From positions 67,700 through 131,699 of the forward strand of contig JAQUXR010000001.1 in assembly GCA_028692275.1 (NCBI GenBank): DNA of 64,000 nucleotides, read 5' to 3'. This DNA is from Lachnospiraceae bacterium (GTDB taxonomy: Bacteria > Bacillota > Clostridia > Lachnospirales > Lachnospiraceae). The position numbers and the translations under genes are program-made. The notes beneath the pieces were generated by a model. That model did no database searches. It was given only the letters and a program-made list of their open reading frames with translations, and had not been told where the DNA came from. Below, piece after piece: positions 61,349 through 64,000 of the stretch. Every line of letters begins with the position of its first letter. The first letter of the stretch is position 1.

Positions 61349-63343
61349 TTATTCACCGCTGGAACTTGAAGAACTGGTTGTTGTTCCATCACTTTCGTAA
61401 CCGCCGTTCTCCCAGTAGAAATCATCATATTCATAATCATCTGCATGGTTATTTAAATAATAATCAGAATCTACATCCGACTCATCCACTTCGTAAAGTT
61501 CCTGAAGTTCTGTAGCTTTCGGTTCTGCAATAACTTCTCCGGCCATCAGTGCATCAATAACTTCCTGTACAGCTTTAATCGAATCATCGTCTAAAACTTC
61601 AACATCCAACGGAGCTTCCGCATAGGATGCACAATATTCCTGAGAACTTATTCCGTACACACTGGAAGAAATAATATTCCATTCAGCACCATCATTAAGC
61701 TGCATCTTTACAAGGCTGGCAATCTGCTGGGATGAGAAGTTGGTATCCATCTTTCCCTCAAGACTGGTTAACAAGCCTGTATAACCGGTTAAAATAGCTG
61801 GTGATTTCAATCTCTCAAGGAGTGCTGCGATAACCTTCTGTTGATTTTTTGCACGTTGGTAATCGCCACCTGCCGCATTCATACGTTCACGGGCAAAGGC
61901 CAAGGCATAGGCACCATTCAAATGATTGATACCCTTATCGTATTCATAATAACTCCATGTATCTGTCTCTTCATCATACTGTTTATAGTAAGTGGAGAAA
62001 GAGTAATCTGAATCTACATCAATGCCACCGAGAGCATCAACCATCATCATCAGAGATGTGAAATTGACACGCACATAATAGCTGATATCTACATCAAAGA
62101 TATTCTCCATGGATGCAATCGAATACTGAATGCCGTACATTCCCGCATGGGTCAGCTTATCGCTTTCGCCATCGGTAATTCCCGGAATTTCTACATAGGC
62201 ATCACGAGGAACACTGACTAACAGTACCTGTTTTGTGGTTGGATTGACACAGGCCATAATATTAACATCGCTTCGGCTCGTCTGTTCCAGTTCGCCGTAA
62301 ACATCCATACCGCTCAGATAAACGATAAATGGTTCCTTTGTAATCGGCAAATCCGGTACATCTTCCATAAGCACTTCTGTCTCTACGTCGAAGTTATCAA
62401 TAACTCGAATCTTTTCAAGAAATCCCGGATTATTTTCTTCGATAAGTTCGTCCAAAGCCTGATTATAAATAATGGCATCAATTTCGCCATCATAAAGAGC
62501 TTCAACCTGTTCGGAATAGGTATCATACTCTGTCGTTTTAATTTTTGAACCTAAATTCGTATTAATCTGGGTAATGGCCATATCCACTTTGGTTCTGTCC
62601 AGTGCGGACATAATTCCAAAGTCATAATCCTTGGCATCCTCAACGGATTCTGCGGAATCGTCCGACAATACTGCGATAACAATTTTATCGGTCTGGTAGT
62701 TCTTTGTCGTTGTCACTGTATCCAGTGTATATTTGGTTTTCCAGACATAGACACTTCCGAAAGCCAGAGCTATACACAAAATAATCGATATAACTTTTCC
62801 CACCCAGTGGGTTCTTCTGCCAAACTGAAACAGAAAACAAATCAGTGCCAGCAATGCCAGAACAGCGCTTATAATAATAAAATATCTTGTAGGCAGCACA
62901 TTTAAGAATGCGAGAAGTCCCATAAATACAACAGATATTATCAGCTGAATTAATGCAAAAATCTTGCCGACAATATGTTTGTTTTTACGCAGTTTCATCG
63001 CCTTATTACGAAGACGTTCTTCCCGCTGGCGATAACGCGCTTCTGCTTCTTCCTCAGAATATCTGCGGGCAGTATTCTCAGGCTTTCTTGCAGGCTGTAC
63101 ATAAACCTCCGGTTCTTCGTCTTCAGCTTCGGATTCTTCAAACATCTCTGAACCATAGGCAGGTATCTGAGGTTCTGAAGTTCTGCGAACAACCTTCGAA
63201 TCAAATTCCAGCGACTGACGTTTCTGTTCTTCTGTTCCCTTTATCTCTGTTTTTTCAGATTCTTCAGTATTGGATTTTGGCGGCTCCAAAGTAGTCGTCT
63301 TCATCAACTCTTCAAAATCTTCAAAGGTATTTTTTCTTTGCAT
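61349..63343 (-). CDS. LCP (LytR-CpsA-Psr) family cell-wall glycopolymer ligase with long charged N-terminus and acidic/Ser-rich C-terminal tail
   Basis: TM segments followed by an LCP domain (LLVSVPRDAYVEIPG..DKLTHAGMYG..ALAFARER). Start uncertain: ATG 63343 preferred over the track GTG 63382. Confidence 0.82.
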   Translation of the reverse strand: MQRKNTFEDFEELMKTTTLEPPKSNTEESEKTEIKGTEEQKRQSLEFDSKVVRRTSEPQIPAYGSEMFEESEAEDEEPEVYVQPARKPENTARRYSEEEAEARYRQREERLRNKAMKLRKNKHIVGKIFALIQLIISVVFMGLLAFLNVLPTRYFIIISAVLALLALICFLFQFGRRTHWVGKVISIILCIALAFGSVYVWKTKYTLDTVTTTKNYQTDKIVIAVLSDDSAESVEDAKDYDFGIMSALDRTKVDMAITQINTNLGSKIKTTEYDTYSEQVEALYDGEIDAIIYNQALDELIEENNPGFLEKIRVIDNFDVETEVLMEDVPDLPITKEPFIVYLSGMDVYGELEQTSRSDVNIMACVNPTTKQVLLVSVPRDAYVEIPGITDGESDKLTHAGMYGIQYSIASMENIFDVDISYYVRVNFTSLMMMVDALGGIDVDSDYSFSTYYKQYDEETDTWSYYEYDKGINHLNGAYALAFARERMNAAGGDYQRAKNQQKVIAALLERLKSPAILTGYTGLLTSLEGKMDTNFSSQQIASLVKMQLNDGAEWNIISSSVYGISSQEYCASYAEAPLDVEVLDDDSIKAVQEVIDALMAGEVIAEPKATELQELYEVDESDVDSDYYLNNHADDYEYDDFYWENGGYESDGTTTSSSSSSGE

Positions 63344-63421
63344 TTTTTTAAATTCCTTCCAATTTCTCTTGACATTATACACGAAGCCACAAACTATGAC
63401 AATAGATGAAAGTCTCCGAAA

Positions 63422-64000
63422 TTATGAATTTTTCGTGTCTATCTTGTGTTTTTCCGTGATTGCCTGAGCAATTTTCAAGTCGATAGCCGTCGTTATCTTT
63501 ATATTTGAGGTCTCGCCCTCCACAATATGTACCGGCACCTGATGCACCGTGCATATCTTGCAGGCATCTGTCAGTTTGCCCTTTTCTTCCGGTGTCAGTG
63601 CTCCATAAAGATTCTTCAGCAAATCCATCCGAAAACTTTGGGGCGTCTGACTCTGATATAGATATTTGCGTTCCGGAATATCGTCAATAACCTCTCCATC
63701 CTCGGAAACAATAATGGTATCCACGGCCGGAATCGCTGTATCCACCGCATCATATTTTAATACTGCCTCAATATGTGCCTCAATCAATCTTTGAGATACA
63801 AAAGGCCGAACCCCATCCTGGGTAATGATATAATGTTCTTCATTGGTTCCAAAATCTTTTTCTATCTCTTCAATAATATTCATAATAGTGTCATTGCGTT
63901 CCCTTCCACCGGGAACCAGATGTATCCGCTTCTGTTCCTCTTGTGGCATATACTCTGACACCAGATTTTTCATATGTTCTACCCATTCCGGATGAACACC
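63422..64000 (-). CDS. IspD/TarI-family nucleotidyltransferase (cytidylyltransferase), 5'-truncated by the window edge
   Basis: The reading frame stays open to position 64000. Contains VRPFVS, DTAIPAVDTI and QTPQSF motifs typical of the IspD/TarI family. Confidence 0.7.
   Translation of the reverse strand, partial: GVHPEWVEHMKNLVSEYMPQEEQKRIHLVPGGRERNDTIMNIIEEIEKDFGTNEEHYIITQDGVRPFVSQRLIEAHIEAVLKYDAVDTAIPAVDTIIVSEDGEVIDDIPERKYLYQSQTPQSFRMDLLKNLYGALTPEEKGKLTDACKICTVHQVPVHIVEGETSNIKITTAIDLKIAQAITEKHKIDTKNS

Overview
This 64-kb window comes from an AT-rich Gram-positive chromosome. Gene order and protein sequences look like Bacillota/Clostridia, probably Lachnospiraceae-like; that assignment is inference. 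About two thirds of the window is the translation/transcription core, almost all on the minus strand. In transcription order (high to low coordinates) the core runs rpmG-secE-nusG-rplK-rplA-rplJ-rplL, rpoB-rpoC, rpsL-rpsG-fusA-tuf, then the complete S10-spc-alpha ribosomal protein string (rpsJ to rplQ), ending in ecfA1-ecfA2-ecfT-truA.

Two non-core blocks interrupt this order:
- A 2.2-kb insert between rplL and rpoB carries a small unknown protein and a plus-strand cytoplasmic GH13 alpha-amylase.
- A block of about 20.6 kb and about 26 genes between tuf and rpsJ carries a split ThrE exporter, an ECF sigma/anti-sigma pair, a lipoprotein, a NUDIX hydrolase, a CoA transferase, a J-domain/DUF5685/zinc-ribbon operon, greA, threonine aldolase, ilvBN, nitroreductase, an HD protein, an esterase plus membrane-fused HxxxD acyltransferase, and a TetR/aldo-keto reductase pair.

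The left-hand (high-coordinate) edge holds comF, a secreted protein, an orphan DUF4367-like membrane protein, an LCP protein and a partial TarI/IspD-like gene.

Many ORF-track starts were trimmed to SD-supported start codons. Two genes below the 60-aa ORF cutoff, rpmJ and rpmG, were recovered by hand.

I found no CRISPR array, cas gene, transposase, integrase, phage gene, rRNA, tRNA or recognisable defence system, and I cannot point to a clearly new multi-gene system. The most unusual signals are:
- a 42/43-identical 43-nt direct repeat filling an oversized rplK-rplA spacer;
- a 297-nt structured rpmJ-rpsM spacer;
- duplicated L1-site-like motifs before both rplK and rplA;
- an uncharacterised J-domain (poly-Cys tail)/DUF5685/zinc-ribbon operon;
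- an esterase plus membrane-fused acyltransferase pair.

All family assignments come from motif recognition by eye, not from searches. Coordinates of small sites may be off by 1-2 nt.
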